From assembly GCA_035559675.1 (NCBI GenBank), contig DATMAZ010000062.1, forward strand, positions 10,679 to 74,678: a stretch of 64,000 nt of DNA, given 5' to 3'. A program made the translations under genes and the position numbers. Shown in pieces: positions 1-8,798 of the stretch; position 1 is the first letter of the stretch, and every line of letters starts with the position of its first letter. The stretch is from Candidatus Limnocylindria bacterium. Lineage in GTDB: Bacteria > Desulfobacterota > Binatia > DP-6. The notes below the pieces were generated by a model that ran no database searches, was not told the origin of the DNA, and worked only from the letters and a program-made list of their open reading frames with translations.

Positions 1-968
1 GCGGCCGGATCCTCCGGCGGCACCAGGTACCCGGTCTCGCCCGGGCGCAGCTCGGGCGGCAGGCCGGGAATGTCGCTCGCGATGAGCGGCGCGCCCGCCT
101 GCATGGCCTCGATGGCGATCAGCGGGTTGCCCTCGAAGCGTGACGGCATCAGGACGAGGGCCGCGCCGCGGAGCAGCTGCCTCACGCGCGTGCGCGGCAC
201 GTCCCCGAGCAGCACGACGCGGTCCGGCGGGCCGAGGCGGGCGGCTCGTGCGGCCAGCGCCGCCCGGTCGGGACCGTCGCCGGCGATCACCAGCGGAACG
301 GTGTGGCGGCACATCGCCAGCGCGTCGAGCAGGACGTCGAAGCCCTTTTGCGGCGCGAGCCGTCCGACGGCGAGGAGATAGGGCCCCTCGCGGCGCTCGG
401 GCTCGACCGAGTCGAACTCGCCGGGATCGACCCCGTTGCGGATGACGACCACGCGCCCCGCCAACGCGGGACGCGTGCGCAGCGCGAAGTCGGCGACCGC
501 CGGCGCGACCGCGATCACGCGCGACGCCGTGCCGAGAAGTCGGCGCGACCAGAACGGGCTCGGCGGACCGTCCGCCGTTCGCTCGGCGTTGTGCAAATGC
601 AGCACGACCGGGGCCCGGCAGGCGGCCCGCGCGATCATCACCCACGGGGCGTAGAACTTCGAGCAGTGGACCGCGATCACGTCGGGGGCAAGCGCGCGGA
701 CGCGTGCCGCTAGGGCGCCGCCGCCACGGAGGAACCGCCGGATGAACCGCTTCGTCGCCCGGCGCCCCGCGCCGCGGTACGGGGCCGGCGCCATCGGCAC
801 GCGCCAGATCGGGATCGGACCGCCTCCCGTTGCGGGCTCGTCGGAGCTGGCGCGGCTCACCACGTCGACGCGGTGGCCGGCCGCGACGTGCTCCTGTGCG
901 AGCCGCGCCACCACTTCGCGGACGCCGCCGGTGTCCTCGAAGTGCGGGCAGAGGACCGCAATCCTCAC
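1..968 (-). CDS. Family 4 glycosyltransferase. The N-terminal ~320 aa are present and the C-terminus runs off the window edge. GTG start overlaps the upstream stop as GTGA.
   Basis: Reverse-strand translation reads MRIAVLCPHFEDTGG...LLAVGRLAPQKGFDVLLDA...SRFEGNPLIAIEAMQAGAPLIASD, which carries the GT4 motifs EX7E and QKG. No stop occurs before position 1. Confidence 0.75.
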   Translation of the reverse strand, partial: MRIAVLCPHFEDTGGVREVVARLAQEHVAAGHRVDVVSRASSDEPATGGGPIPIWRVPMAPAPYRGAGRRATKRFIRRFLRGGGALAARVRALAPDVIAVHCSKFYAPWVMIARAACRAPVVLHLHNAERTADGPPSPFWSRRLLGTASRVIAVAPAVADFALRTRPALAGRVVVIRNGVDPGEFDSVEPERREGPYLLAVGRLAPQKGFDVLLDALAMCRHTVPLVIAGDGPDRAALAARAARLGPPDRVVLLGDVPRTRVRQLLRGAALVLMPSRFEGNPLIAIEAMQAGAPLIASDIPGLPPELRPGETGYLVPPEDPA

Positions 969-2584
969 TCGAGGTAGCCCAGGGCCCGCAGCTGCTCTTC
1001 CACCTGCGACTGGTCCTCGGCGACGTCGAGCGCCGCGCGCTCGGGCGCGACGTCCTCCACGAGCTCGACGGTGGTCGCGGCGCGCGCTTCGGGCGTGAGC
1101 AGCTCGAGCAGCGGGGCCGCGTCCATGCCCGCCGGGACGCCGAGGCCGAGAAGACAGAGGGTAGTGGGCGCAATCGCCTCGATGGGGGCGCTCTGCACGC
1201 GGCCACGCGCCGCGATGTCGGGGCCGACGGCGAGAAGCACCCCCGCCGTCTCGTGGGCGCCGCGGTATCCCGCCCCGTCGAACGGCGCCACCAGGCGGCC
1301 CGAGCTGAGCTCGCCGCGCAAGCCGAAGGTGAATCCATAGCGGGGCGCCGCCTCGAGCAGCACGTCCGGGGCGAGCGCCGTCGCTGGCCCCGAGTACATC
1401 TCTTCCCGCCGGACCACACGCGCGAACAGCGGGGCCCCGTCCTCGCGCAGCGCGCCGAGCTCGCGGATCAACTGGTCGCGCCGTCGCTCGTACTCCGGCC
1501 CGGGCTCGATCCAGCCGCGCGGCTGCCGGCCACGCACGTTCAGCCAGACGCCCGCGCTGCGCGTCTCCATCACTTCGCACCAGGCAGCGCTCGCCCCGAA
1601 GTTCACCAGGAGGTTCTCGACGGTCTTCCAGCGCTGCTTGTAGCGCCGCGGGAGCTGCTTCACGAGCCACCGGCGCGCCCGCCAGCTGCCGTGGCGGGCG
1701 AGCCATCCGTTTGCGGCCAGCCAATGGTTCACGTGAATCACGCGCTGCGGGCCCGGTCCGAAGCCGTGGTCCGAGACCACGAGCACCGTGGTGTCGGGGC
1801 CGGCCTCGGCGGCGAGCACGCCCGTCGCGCGATCGAGCACGCGATAGATGTCGCGCGCCTCGCGGGTGATCGTCTCGGCGAGCGCTGCCGGCACGCCCGC
1901 CGGCGGAGAGCCGACCAGGTAATCCCAGAAGAAGTGCTGGATGCGGTCGGGCTCGTAGAACACGACGGAGAGCAGCGCCCAGGGGTGCCGCCGCATGAGC
2001 GCGGTCGTGAGCTCGAGTCGCCGTTCGGCGTTGGCCCGGAGCAGGCGCAGATACTCCAGCGCGCGCTCGCCGTACTCCGGGGTGCTGACGCGGAGATCGC
2101 CCGGCGGCTTCACGTTGATGACGTAGTCGGCGCCCACCAGCTCGCGGTCGCTCTCGGGATGGATGATGCGCGGGTCGCCGGGCGGCGCGAACATGCAGGC
2201 CACCATGAACCCGTTCACCGCGCGCACCGGGTAGGACGGCGGCACGTTGATGGCGCCCACCGGGAGCCCCGCGTCGCCGACGATCTCCCAGAGCGTGCGG
2301 GCCTGGAGCAGGTTGGCCGATACGAGCGGCCCGCTCTCGTAGCGGGCGGCTGCGGTCTCGCGGAAGCTGTAGACGCCGTGCTTCCCGGGATTCTTCCCGG
2401 TCATGAAGGACGACCAGGCCGGCGGCGTGAGCGCGGGGAAGGTCGAGCGCAGCTCGCCGTAGGCGCCGCGCGCCATGAAGCTCGCGAGCGTCGGCAGATC
2501 GCCCTCGCGCGCCCACGGCTCGAGGAGGCGAAACGTCGCCCCGTCCCAGCCGATGATCAGAACGCGGCGGCGTACGCTGCCCAT
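965..2584 (-). CDS. Alkaline-phosphatase-superfamily type I phosphodiesterase / nucleotide pyrophosphatase.
   Basis: IIGWDGATFRLL and FPALTPPAWSSFMTGKNPGKHGV are the metal-binding Thr/Ser nucleophile region typical of PF01663. The start is assigned to MGSVRRRV. The gene sits between two glycosyltransferase genes. Confidence 0.75.
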   Translation of the reverse strand: MGSVRRRVLIIGWDGATFRLLEPWAREGDLPTLASFMARGAYGELRSTFPALTPPAWSSFMTGKNPGKHGVYSFRETAAARYESGPLVSANLLQARTLWEIVGDAGLPVGAINVPPSYPVRAVNGFMVACMFAPPGDPRIIHPESDRELVGADYVINVKPPGDLRVSTPEYGERALEYLRLLRANAERRLELTTALMRRHPWALLSVVFYEPDRIQHFFWDYLVGSPPAGVPAALAETITREARDIYRVLDRATGVLAAEAGPDTTVLVVSDHGFGPGPQRVIHVNHWLAANGWLARHGSWRARRWLVKQLPRRYKQRWKTVENLLVNFGASAAWCEVMETRSAGVWLNVRGRQPRGWIEPGPEYERRRDQLIRELGALREDGAPLFARVVRREEMYSGPATALAPDVLLEAAPRYGFTFGLRGELSSGRLVAPFDGAGYRGAHETAGVLLAVGPDIAARGRVQSAPIEAIAPTTLCLLGLGVPAGMDAAPLLELLTPEARAATTVELVEDVAPERAALDVAEDQSQVEEQLRALGYLE

Positions 2585-2619
2585 CGGTGGCGGCAAGACA
2601 CCGTACGTACGGGGGGAAG

Positions 2620-3750
2620 TCAAGGCAGCCGCGACGCCGCCGCACGCGCAAACACGTCGAGATAGCGGCGGGCGATCCCCGGCCACGCAAATGCGTCGCG
2701 CGCCCGGCGGGCGCCGGCTTCGCCGAGCTGCTCCGCCCAGGCGGGAGCGACCAGCACCCGCTCCAGTGCGCGGGCCAGCAGCGGGGCGTCCTCGGGAGGA
2801 ACGAGCAGGCCGGTCTCCTCGTCGACGACGGCGTCGGGGATGCCGTCCACGCGGCTCGCCACGACGGGACGGCCGCTCGCCATGGCCTCGAGACAGACCA
2901 GCGGCAGTCCTTCCCAGCGCGATGGTACGACGACGGCGCGCGCGCCACGATAGAGCGCCGCCATGCGCGTCTCGTCGACGGGTCCGAGAAAGCTCACGCG
3001 GCCCACGAGCTCGTGCTGCGCGACCAACGCCCGCAACGCGGCTTCCTCGGCGCCGTCACCGGCAAGCAGCACGTCGACCCGGCCACTGCGCACGGCATCG
3101 ACCTCGGCCGCGGCGCGGATCAGCACGTCGAAGCCCTTCTGGCGCGTGAAGCGTCCGGCGGCGAGCAGGTAGGGGCGGGGGTGGGCAAAGGGCGGGGCGC
3201 CCGTGAAGCGGTCGACCGCAACGCCGTTCGGCACGACGGAGAGCCGGCCCGTGATCGCGGGGGCCAGCCGCGCGGCCTCACGGGCGAGCGACGTGGCACA
3301 CGCCGTCACGGCCGCTGCCCGGAGCAGCAGGTGCCTGAACAGGCCGGGATGCGCCGCGAAACGGCCGTTCGGCTCGCCGCCCTGGAGGCTCACCACCACG
3401 GGCAGGCTGGAGGTCATGGCCAGCGCCACGGGGGCGTACGTCGAGATAGCGAGGTGGAAGAGCACGTCCGCCTCCTCGGCGCGGAGAAAGCCCCGGATGC
3501 GCGGCACGGTCTGCCACAGCGTCCGTGCGAGCCGCGCGTGGCGGGCCAGGTGTCCCCAGCGCCGCGGCAGCTGGTGCATCGGGATCGCAAGGCGAGGAAT
3601 GCCCTTGGAGGCCTCGCTGGCTGCGGCGCCGGGGCGGCAGATCAGGCTCACGGAGTGCCCCGCGGCGCGGAACTCCCGGATGAGCGCGTCGGCGATGCGC
3701 CCGATGCCCCCGTATTCGCCGAAGCTGGGGCACAGGATCGCCGGTCTCAA
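2620..3750 (-). CDS. Family 4 glycosyltransferase.
   Basis: LLAAGRFTRQKGFDVLIRAAAEV and PSRWEGLPLVCLEAMASGRPVVASRVDGIPD are canonical GT4 C-terminal motifs. Confidence 0.8.
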   Translation of the reverse strand: MRPAILCPSFGEYGGIGRIADALIREFRAAGHSVSLICRPGAAASEASKGIPRLAIPMHQLPRRWGHLARHARLARTLWQTVPRIRGFLRAEEADVLFHLAISTYAPVALAMTSSLPVVVSLQGGEPNGRFAAHPGLFRHLLLRAAAVTACATSLAREAARLAPAITGRLSVVPNGVAVDRFTGAPPFAHPRPYLLAAGRFTRQKGFDVLIRAAAEVDAVRSGRVDVLLAGDGAEEAALRALVAQHELVGRVSFLGPVDETRMAALYRGARAVVVPSRWEGLPLVCLEAMASGRPVVASRVDGIPDAVVDEETGLLVPPEDAPLLARALERVLVAPAWAEQLGEAGARRARDAFAWPGIARRYLDVFARAAASRLP

Positions 3751-3796
3751 GGTTTACATAACCTTTCTTATCAGACGTTACGGATACGGCGCCTTT

Positions 3797-4468
3797 TCAG
3801 CCCGCTGGCGGCTCCCCGCCGTCCGGAAGGCGGCTCTGCACGAAGGTCCGGGTCTGGGCATCCGGGTTCTCCGCGAGGACCTTCCGATACGCGTCTTGGG
3901 CCGCTGCCGTGTCGCCAGCCGCCTCGGACAGCCGCGCGTACGTCAGCAGCGCCTCGACTCGATACGGACCCGAACGCTCTGCGGCGCGCTCGGCTGTGGT
4001 TCGCGCACTGGCCGTGTCGCCGAGCTGTTCCTGGGCGTACGCCAGGTTCGTTTGCGCGAGTTGCTCCAAGGCCGCGTCCTCGTCGAAGCGCGCCAGGAAG
4101 TCCTGGTATGCAGCGGCGGCCCCGGCGGCGTCGCCGCTCTGGAGCAGCGCGTGCCCGCGGTACAGGACGGCAAGCCGGCCGAACGACGTCGATGCATACT
4201 CGCGAGCGACGGTCTCGAACTCCAGGGCCGCGGGCGCGTAGTCGCGGGCAGCGAACTTGCCGTGCGCCAGCTGGAAGCCTGCGCTGGCCGCTTCGGCCTG
4301 GCGAGCCGCGCGCCAGCTCATCACGCCCCCCACCAGCGCCAGCGCGAAGACGCCGGCACCCGCGGCCACGAGCGTCGTGCGATGCTGCTGGGCCCAGGCG
4401 GCCAGGCGGGTCGTCCAGACGACGAACTCGTCGGGATCCTTGAGAAATCGACGCTCCTCGGGCTTCAC
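3797..4468 (-). CDS. Membrane-anchored TPR-repeat protein. GTG start overlaps the upstream stop as ATGTGA.
   Basis: A hydrophobic helix (TTLVAAGAGVFALALVGGVMSW) is followed by an Ala/Leu-rich TPR-like region (YAQEQLGD..., YRKVLAENPD). It is in frame downstream of the BFN gene stop with a 4-nt overlap. Confidence 0.6.
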   Translation of the reverse strand: MKPEERRFLKDPDEFVVWTTRLAAWAQQHRTTLVAAGAGVFALALVGGVMSWRAARQAEAASAGFQLAHGKFAARDYAPAALEFETVAREYASTSFGRLAVLYRGHALLQSGDAAGAAAAYQDFLARFDEDAALEQLAQTNLAYAQEQLGDTASARTTAERAAERSGPYRVEALLTYARLSEAAGDTAAAQDAYRKVLAENPDAQTRTFVQSRLPDGGEPPAG

Positions 4469-4983
4469 ATCTTGTACTTGAAGTCGTCCGGCGACATCTT
4501 CTCGAGGATTTCGGCCCACTTGTCGCGCGACACGTTGGAGAGATTCTGGCCCTGCCGGTCCTCGGCCTGCTGGAGCACGCTGGACGCCTCGAGAACGGCG
4601 CGGGCCACGTAGATGGGGCTCTTGGTCCGGAGCGCGAGGCTGATGGCGTCGGATGGCCGCGCGTCGAATTCGATCTGTCGCTCGCCCACTCGCAGGCAGA
4701 TGCGCGCGTAGTACGTGTTGTCCTTGAGCTCCGTCACCTCGACCCAGTCGACGTTGGCGCCGAGGTCGGTGATGATCGTGCGCATCAGATCGTGCGTCAT
4801 GGGTCGCGACATCTTGATGCCTTCGATCTCGGTCGCCATGGAGGTGGCCTCGAGCAGCCCGATCCAGATCGGCAGGTTCAGCTTGTTGTCGGGATCGCGT
4901 AGCACGACGATCGGCGTCTTGGTCACCGGATCGAGCGTGAGGCCGCCCACCGTCATCAGGATGAAGTTTTCGCGGTTGGTCAC
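4465..4983 (-). CDS. Bifunctional nuclease domain (DUF151/BFN) protein.
   Basis: LPIWIGLLEATSMA...GIKMSRPMTHDLMRTIITDLG...ARPSDAISLALR matches the PF02577 bifunctional-nuclease fold. Confidence 0.75.
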   Translation of the reverse strand: MTNRENFILMTVGGLTLDPVTKTPIVVLRDPDNKLNLPIWIGLLEATSMATEIEGIKMSRPMTHDLMRTIITDLGANVDWVEVTELKDNTYYARICLRVGERQIEFDARPSDAISLALRTKSPIYVARAVLEASSVLQQAEDRQGQNLSNVSRDKWAEILEKMSPDDFKYKM

Positions 4984-5048
4984 TCGGCACCCTCTCTACG
5001 GAGGTGTCTGCATTGTGGAGGAGCGGCTCCAGGAGGTCAATCGCCGCC

Positions 5049-6458
5049 TCACGCCGTGACCAGGCGATCGATCACCCGATAGAGCTGGTTCAGATTGCGG
5101 CACTCCTCGACGAGCGTGCAAAATGGGGCGTAGCGGTCCATTTCGCTGTCCCCGAAGCCCCACGTCATCCGGTTCTCCGGGTTGAGCCAGACCACCTGCT
5201 TGGCGCGTTGCTGCACGTCCCGCAGCACCCACTCGTGCGGCAAGTTGTAATTGTTGCGCGCGTCGCCGAGGATCAGCACCGTCGTCCGCTTGTTCACCGC
5301 GCCGAGATAGTCGCGGTGGAAGGCGCGAAACGCCCGCCCGAAGTCCGAGTGCGAGTAGACGTTGATGATGCTCCCCTGCATGGCCAGGTCGAGCGCGCGG
5401 TTCACGTCGTGCTCCTTGAAGAGCGCGGTGACCTCGCCGATGTCCGCGACGAAGATGAAGCTGCGCACGCGGGAGTACAGGTCCTGCAACGAATAGACGA
5501 ATTGCAGCATGAAGCGGGACACGTTGCGGACGGAATCCGACACGTCGCACAGGATCACCACCTGCGGGCGGTCCTTGCGCCGGCGGTCGAACACGATGTG
5601 GAACGGCGTGCCGCCGTACTGGAGGTTGCGGCGCAGCGTGGCGCTCGAGTCGAACGTGCCGCGGCGAGCCCGCCGCCGCCGGAGCGCCACCACGTTGCGC
5701 AGCCGCTGTGCCAGGCGCGTGACCGCCTCCTGCATGCGGCGCATCTCCTCCTCGGTGAGGTAGAAAAAGCTCTTGTCCGCCAGCGCCTGCAGGCTCTGGC
5801 GCTCGCGGCGGGTGACATCGCGGCGATCGAGCTCCTGGCGAACCGCGCCCTTCATCATGTCGAGGAGGTCCTGCAGGCGCCGATCGATGTAGTCGCGGAG
5901 CTGCGCCCCGTCGGGCCGCTCGTCGAGCGCCGCCAAGCCTCGCAGCCGGGCGAGCTCGTCCGCGACCCCGCCCGCGCCGAGCGCGTTCGCCAGTGCATGC
6001 GTGAAGCGACCCTCCTGGAAGCCGTGCTGGATTTCGTCGACCCCTGCCCGCTCGGCGGCCTCGCGCAACAGCCGCTCCAGCGTGCCGGAGTCGGCGCGCA
6101 GCAACGCCTTGGCGAGCGCGGAGAGCTCGATCCCCTGCTCCGCGGCCAGCGCCTCGAGCGCCTCGATTAGCCGCTGCAGCTCCTCGGGATCCATCCCGAG
6201 CGCCTCGGCCGTCGCCTGCGTCGCCGCCTTGATCGCTTCGCCGAGCCCGAGAAAGAACACATCGAACAAGGCGTCGAAGACGGGGACGTCGTTGGCCCGC
6301 TTCACGGTGGTCGCGCGCAAGGCGGCCCGAACCAGCTCCGGGTGCTCGAGCCCGACGGCTCCGAGCGCGCGCAGCCCGTCCATGGTTTCCGCCACGGAGA
6401 CGCGCACGCCGTTCTCCCGCAGGAGCCGGCAGAACTCGACGACCTTGGCGTCCATCAT
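5049..6458 (-). CDS. VWA-domain protein of the CoxE/VWA_CoxE family.
   Basis: VVILCDVSDSV is a DxSxS MIDAS motif. The protein has a long acidic/helical N-terminus and is paired with a MoxR ATPase immediately upstream. Confidence 0.75.
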   Translation of the reverse strand: MMDAKVVEFCRLLRENGVRVSVAETMDGLRALGAVGLEHPELVRAALRATTVKRANDVPVFDALFDVFFLGLGEAIKAATQATAEALGMDPEELQRLIEALEALAAEQGIELSALAKALLRADSGTLERLLREAAERAGVDEIQHGFQEGRFTHALANALGAGGVADELARLRGLAALDERPDGAQLRDYIDRRLQDLLDMMKGAVRQELDRRDVTRRERQSLQALADKSFFYLTEEEMRRMQEAVTRLAQRLRNVVALRRRRARRGTFDSSATLRRNLQYGGTPFHIVFDRRRKDRPQVVILCDVSDSVRNVSRFMLQFVYSLQDLYSRVRSFIFVADIGEVTALFKEHDVNRALDLAMQGSIINVYSHSDFGRAFRAFHRDYLGAVNKRTTVLILGDARNNYNLPHEWVLRDVQQRAKQVVWLNPENRMTWGFGDSEMDRYAPFCTLVEECRNLNQLYRVIDRLVTA

Positions 6459-6468
6459 GCGGGCGCCC

Positions 6469-7431
6469 TCAGTGCACGACGTCTTTGTCGGAACGCACCG
6501 CGCCGCTCGCCGCCTTGGCGCGCTGCAGCTCGACGAACTCGCGCAACTCCTGCTGCGCCTTGCGGATGTCGCCCTCGTACTTGAGGATGACCGAGAGGGT
6601 TTCCGCGACCATGGCGTCGTCCAATGCGGACACGTTGAGCAGCATGAGGGCGCGGGTCCAGTCGAGCGTCTCGCTGATGCTCGGCACCTTCTTGAGATCG
6701 AGCTTGCGTACGCGCTGGATGAGGCTCACGACCTGCTCCGCGAGCGCCCGCCCGACCTCCGGGACCTTCAGGGTCACGATGTCGAGCTCCTGCTGGCGGT
6801 CGGGAAAGTCGATGAACAAGTGGAGGCAGCGGCGCTTGAGCGCGTCGGACATTTCGCGGGCGTTGTTGCTGGTGAGCACCACCGTGGGATGGTGTCGCGC
6901 CCGCAGCGTGCCGAGCTCGGGAACGGTCACCTGGAAGTCCGAGAGCACCTCCAGCAAAAACGCCTCGAACTCCGCGTCGGCCTTGTCGATCTCGTCGATG
7001 AGCAGCACGCTCGCGTGATCGTCGGTGATGGCGCGCAGCAGCGGGCGCGGCAGCAGGAACCGCTCGCTGAAGAAGACGTCGTCCTCCCGGGCGATCCGCT
7101 CGACGGCCTCGTTCAGCGTCCGCGCGCCGGCCACGACCTCTCCGATCTTCTCCTTGAGGATCTGCGTGTAGAGCAGCTGCTTGGCGTACTCCCATTCGTA
7201 GAGGGCCTTGGCTTCGTCCAGCCCCTCGTAGCATTGCAGCCGCAGCAGCGGCTGCCCGAGCGCCGCGGCCAGGACCTTGGCCAGCTCGGTCTTGCCGACG
7301 CCCGCCGGGCCCTCGACCAGGATGGGCTTGCGTAGATGGCTGGCCAGATAGACGACGGTCGCGATCGTCCGGCTGGCGATGTATTGGTGCGCCGCGAAGC
7401 GCTGAATCACGTCGTCGATCGAGGCAAACAT
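6469..7431 (-). CDS. MoxR-family AAA+ ATPase (CoxD-like).
   Basis: Walker A is VEGPAGVGKTELAK and Walker B is VLLIDEIDKAD. Sensor regions are also present, and the length (~320 aa) is typical of MoxR. Confidence 0.85.
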   Translation of the reverse strand: MFASIDDVIQRFAAHQYIASRTIATVVYLASHLRKPILVEGPAGVGKTELAKVLAAALGQPLLRLQCYEGLDEAKALYEWEYAKQLLYTQILKEKIGEVVAGARTLNEAVERIAREDDVFFSERFLLPRPLLRAITDDHASVLLIDEIDKADAEFEAFLLEVLSDFQVTVPELGTLRARHHPTVVLTSNNAREMSDALKRRCLHLFIDFPDRQQELDIVTLKVPEVGRALAEQVVSLIQRVRKLDLKKVPSISETLDWTRALMLLNVSALDDAMVAETLSVILKYEGDIRKAQQELREFVELQRAKAASGAVRSDKDVVH

Positions 7432-7500
7432 GGCGAGGGCGGCGCGACGACGCTAACACACGGGTAGTGGCCACACAACGCAACGCGGCGCCTGCCGCGC

Positions 7501-8244
7501 TCAGGCGATGGACCGGCCGCCGTCGACGTGGAAGACCGCGCCGGTGCTGAACGGCGCATCTGCGGCGAGGAACACGACGCAGGCCGCGACGTCTTCCGGA
7601 CGACCGATGCGGGCGAGCGGCGTCGCGCGTACTACGCGTGCGGCCTCGTCGGTGGACATGTCCTCCGGCAGCAGCACGGGCCCCGGGGCGACCGCGTTGA
7701 CGCGCACCTCGGGCGCCAGCTCGCGCGCCAGCGCCTTGGTGAGACCGACGAGCCCGGCCTTGGCCACGCAGTACGGCAGGTAGTCCCGGTACGGCCGCTC
7801 CGCCGCCCAGTCGACGATGTTCACGATGCAGCCTCGGCCGCTCGCCTGCATGTGACGCCCCAGCGCGACGCTCAGCAGGTAGGGCGCCTTGAGATTCACG
7901 TCCAGGCTGTGGTCCCAGGCATGCTCGTCGAGCGTGGCGAGCGGCGTCCGGACGTAGTTGGAGGCGCTGTTGACCAGCACGTCGACGGTGCCGGCGTGCT
8001 CGAGGGCGGCGGTCGCCAAGCGCTCGACCGCGCGGGCATCGGCGAGGTCGGCTCGCAGCACGGTGGCGTCCCGACCGAGCGCGCGGATCTCCTCGACCAC
8101 GCCGCGGCCTTCCAGCGCGGAGTGGTTGCAATGCACCAGCACGTTGGCCCCGCGGCGTGCGAGCGCCAGCGCGATGGCGCGGCCGACCCGCCGGGCCGAG
8201 CCGGTGACGAGCGCCCACTGCCCTGCCAGCCCCTCGCTCATGCG
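7501..8244 (-). CDS. Short-chain dehydrogenase/reductase (SDR) family oxidoreductase.
   Basis: ALVTGSARRVGRAIA is the TGxxxGxG NAD(P)-binding motif and YCVAKAG is the YxxxK catalytic motif. The start is assigned to MSEGLAGQ. Confidence 0.8.
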   Translation of the reverse strand, partial: RMSEGLAGQWALVTGSARRVGRAIALALARRGANVLVHCNHSALEGRGVVEEIRALGRDATVLRADLADARAVERLATAALEHAGTVDVLVNSASNYVRTPLATLDEHAWDHSLDVNLKAPYLLSVALGRHMQASGRGCIVNIVDWAAERPYRDYLPYCVAKAGLVGLTKALARELAPEVRVNAVAPGPVLLPEDMSTDEAARVVRATPLARIGRPEDVAACVVFLAADAPFSTGAVFHVDGGRSIA

Positions 8245-8798
8245 GGAACGTCCTCGGAGCCCTGCGCCCAGCGGAGACCCCGCACCACGTACTGCACGCC
8301 GGCGCCCACCGTCATCAAGCCGGCGAGTGCCGCGGAGCTGGTTTCCATCACCGGCCACAACGGACGGCCCTGCACCAGCGAGAGCAACGCCAGCGAGACC
8401 GTGGTGAGCTGAAAGAACGTGGCGAGCTTGCCCACGAGCGACGGCCGGACCTCCATGGTCCGTTTCGTCATCACGAACAGCAGGAAGTAGCCGAGAACCA
8501 CGATGGTGTCACGAGACAGCACGATCACGACGAGCCAGCGGGGAATCGCCGCGAGGAAGCCGAGCGCGATGAAAGCCGAGAGCAGCAGCAGCTTATCCGC
8601 CGCCGGGTCGAGGAAGGAGCCGAGCGTCGTCTTGGTATGGGTGAGCCGCGCGATGGCGCCGTCGAGCGCATCGGTCACGCCGGCCGCGACGAAGATCGCC
8701 AAGGCGGTCCTGTAGCGGCCGTCCACGAGGAACACCAGGAACACCGGGATCGCGCACAACCGCAGCAGCGTGAGGCAGTTGGCGAGCGTCAGTTGCAT
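8238..8798 (-). CDS. pgsA: CDP-diacylglycerol--glycerol-3-phosphate 3-phosphatidyltransferase (CDP-alcohol phosphatidyltransferase).
   Basis: DGAIARLTHTKTTLGSFLDPAADK is the CDP-OH phosphatidyltransferase motif D-G-x2-A-R-x8-G-x3-D-x3-D. The protein is 186 aa and polytopic. Confidence 0.8.
   Translation of the reverse strand: MQLTLANCLTLLRLCAIPVFLVFLVDGRYRTALAIFVAAGVTDALDGAIARLTHTKTTLGSFLDPAADKLLLLSAFIALGFLAAIPRWLVVIVLSRDTIVVLGYFLLFVMTKRTMEVRPSLVGKLATFFQLTTVSLALLSLVQGRPLWPVMETSSAALAGLMTVGAGVQYVVRGLRWAQGSEDVPA

Noticed and set aside
830-2665. 611-aa plus-strand ORF, and similar ORFs at 2587-4443, 3203-4612, 5004-6170, 6001-7335 and 6455-8218.
   Set aside because: All are antisense or out of frame to well-supported genes (phosphodiesterase, GT4, VWA, MoxR, SDR). 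Their translations are dominated by R, A, G and P with no motifs.
4996-5550. 184-aa minus-strand ORF.
   Set aside because: It is in an alternative frame over the 3' end of the VWA gene, whose own frame carries the homology.
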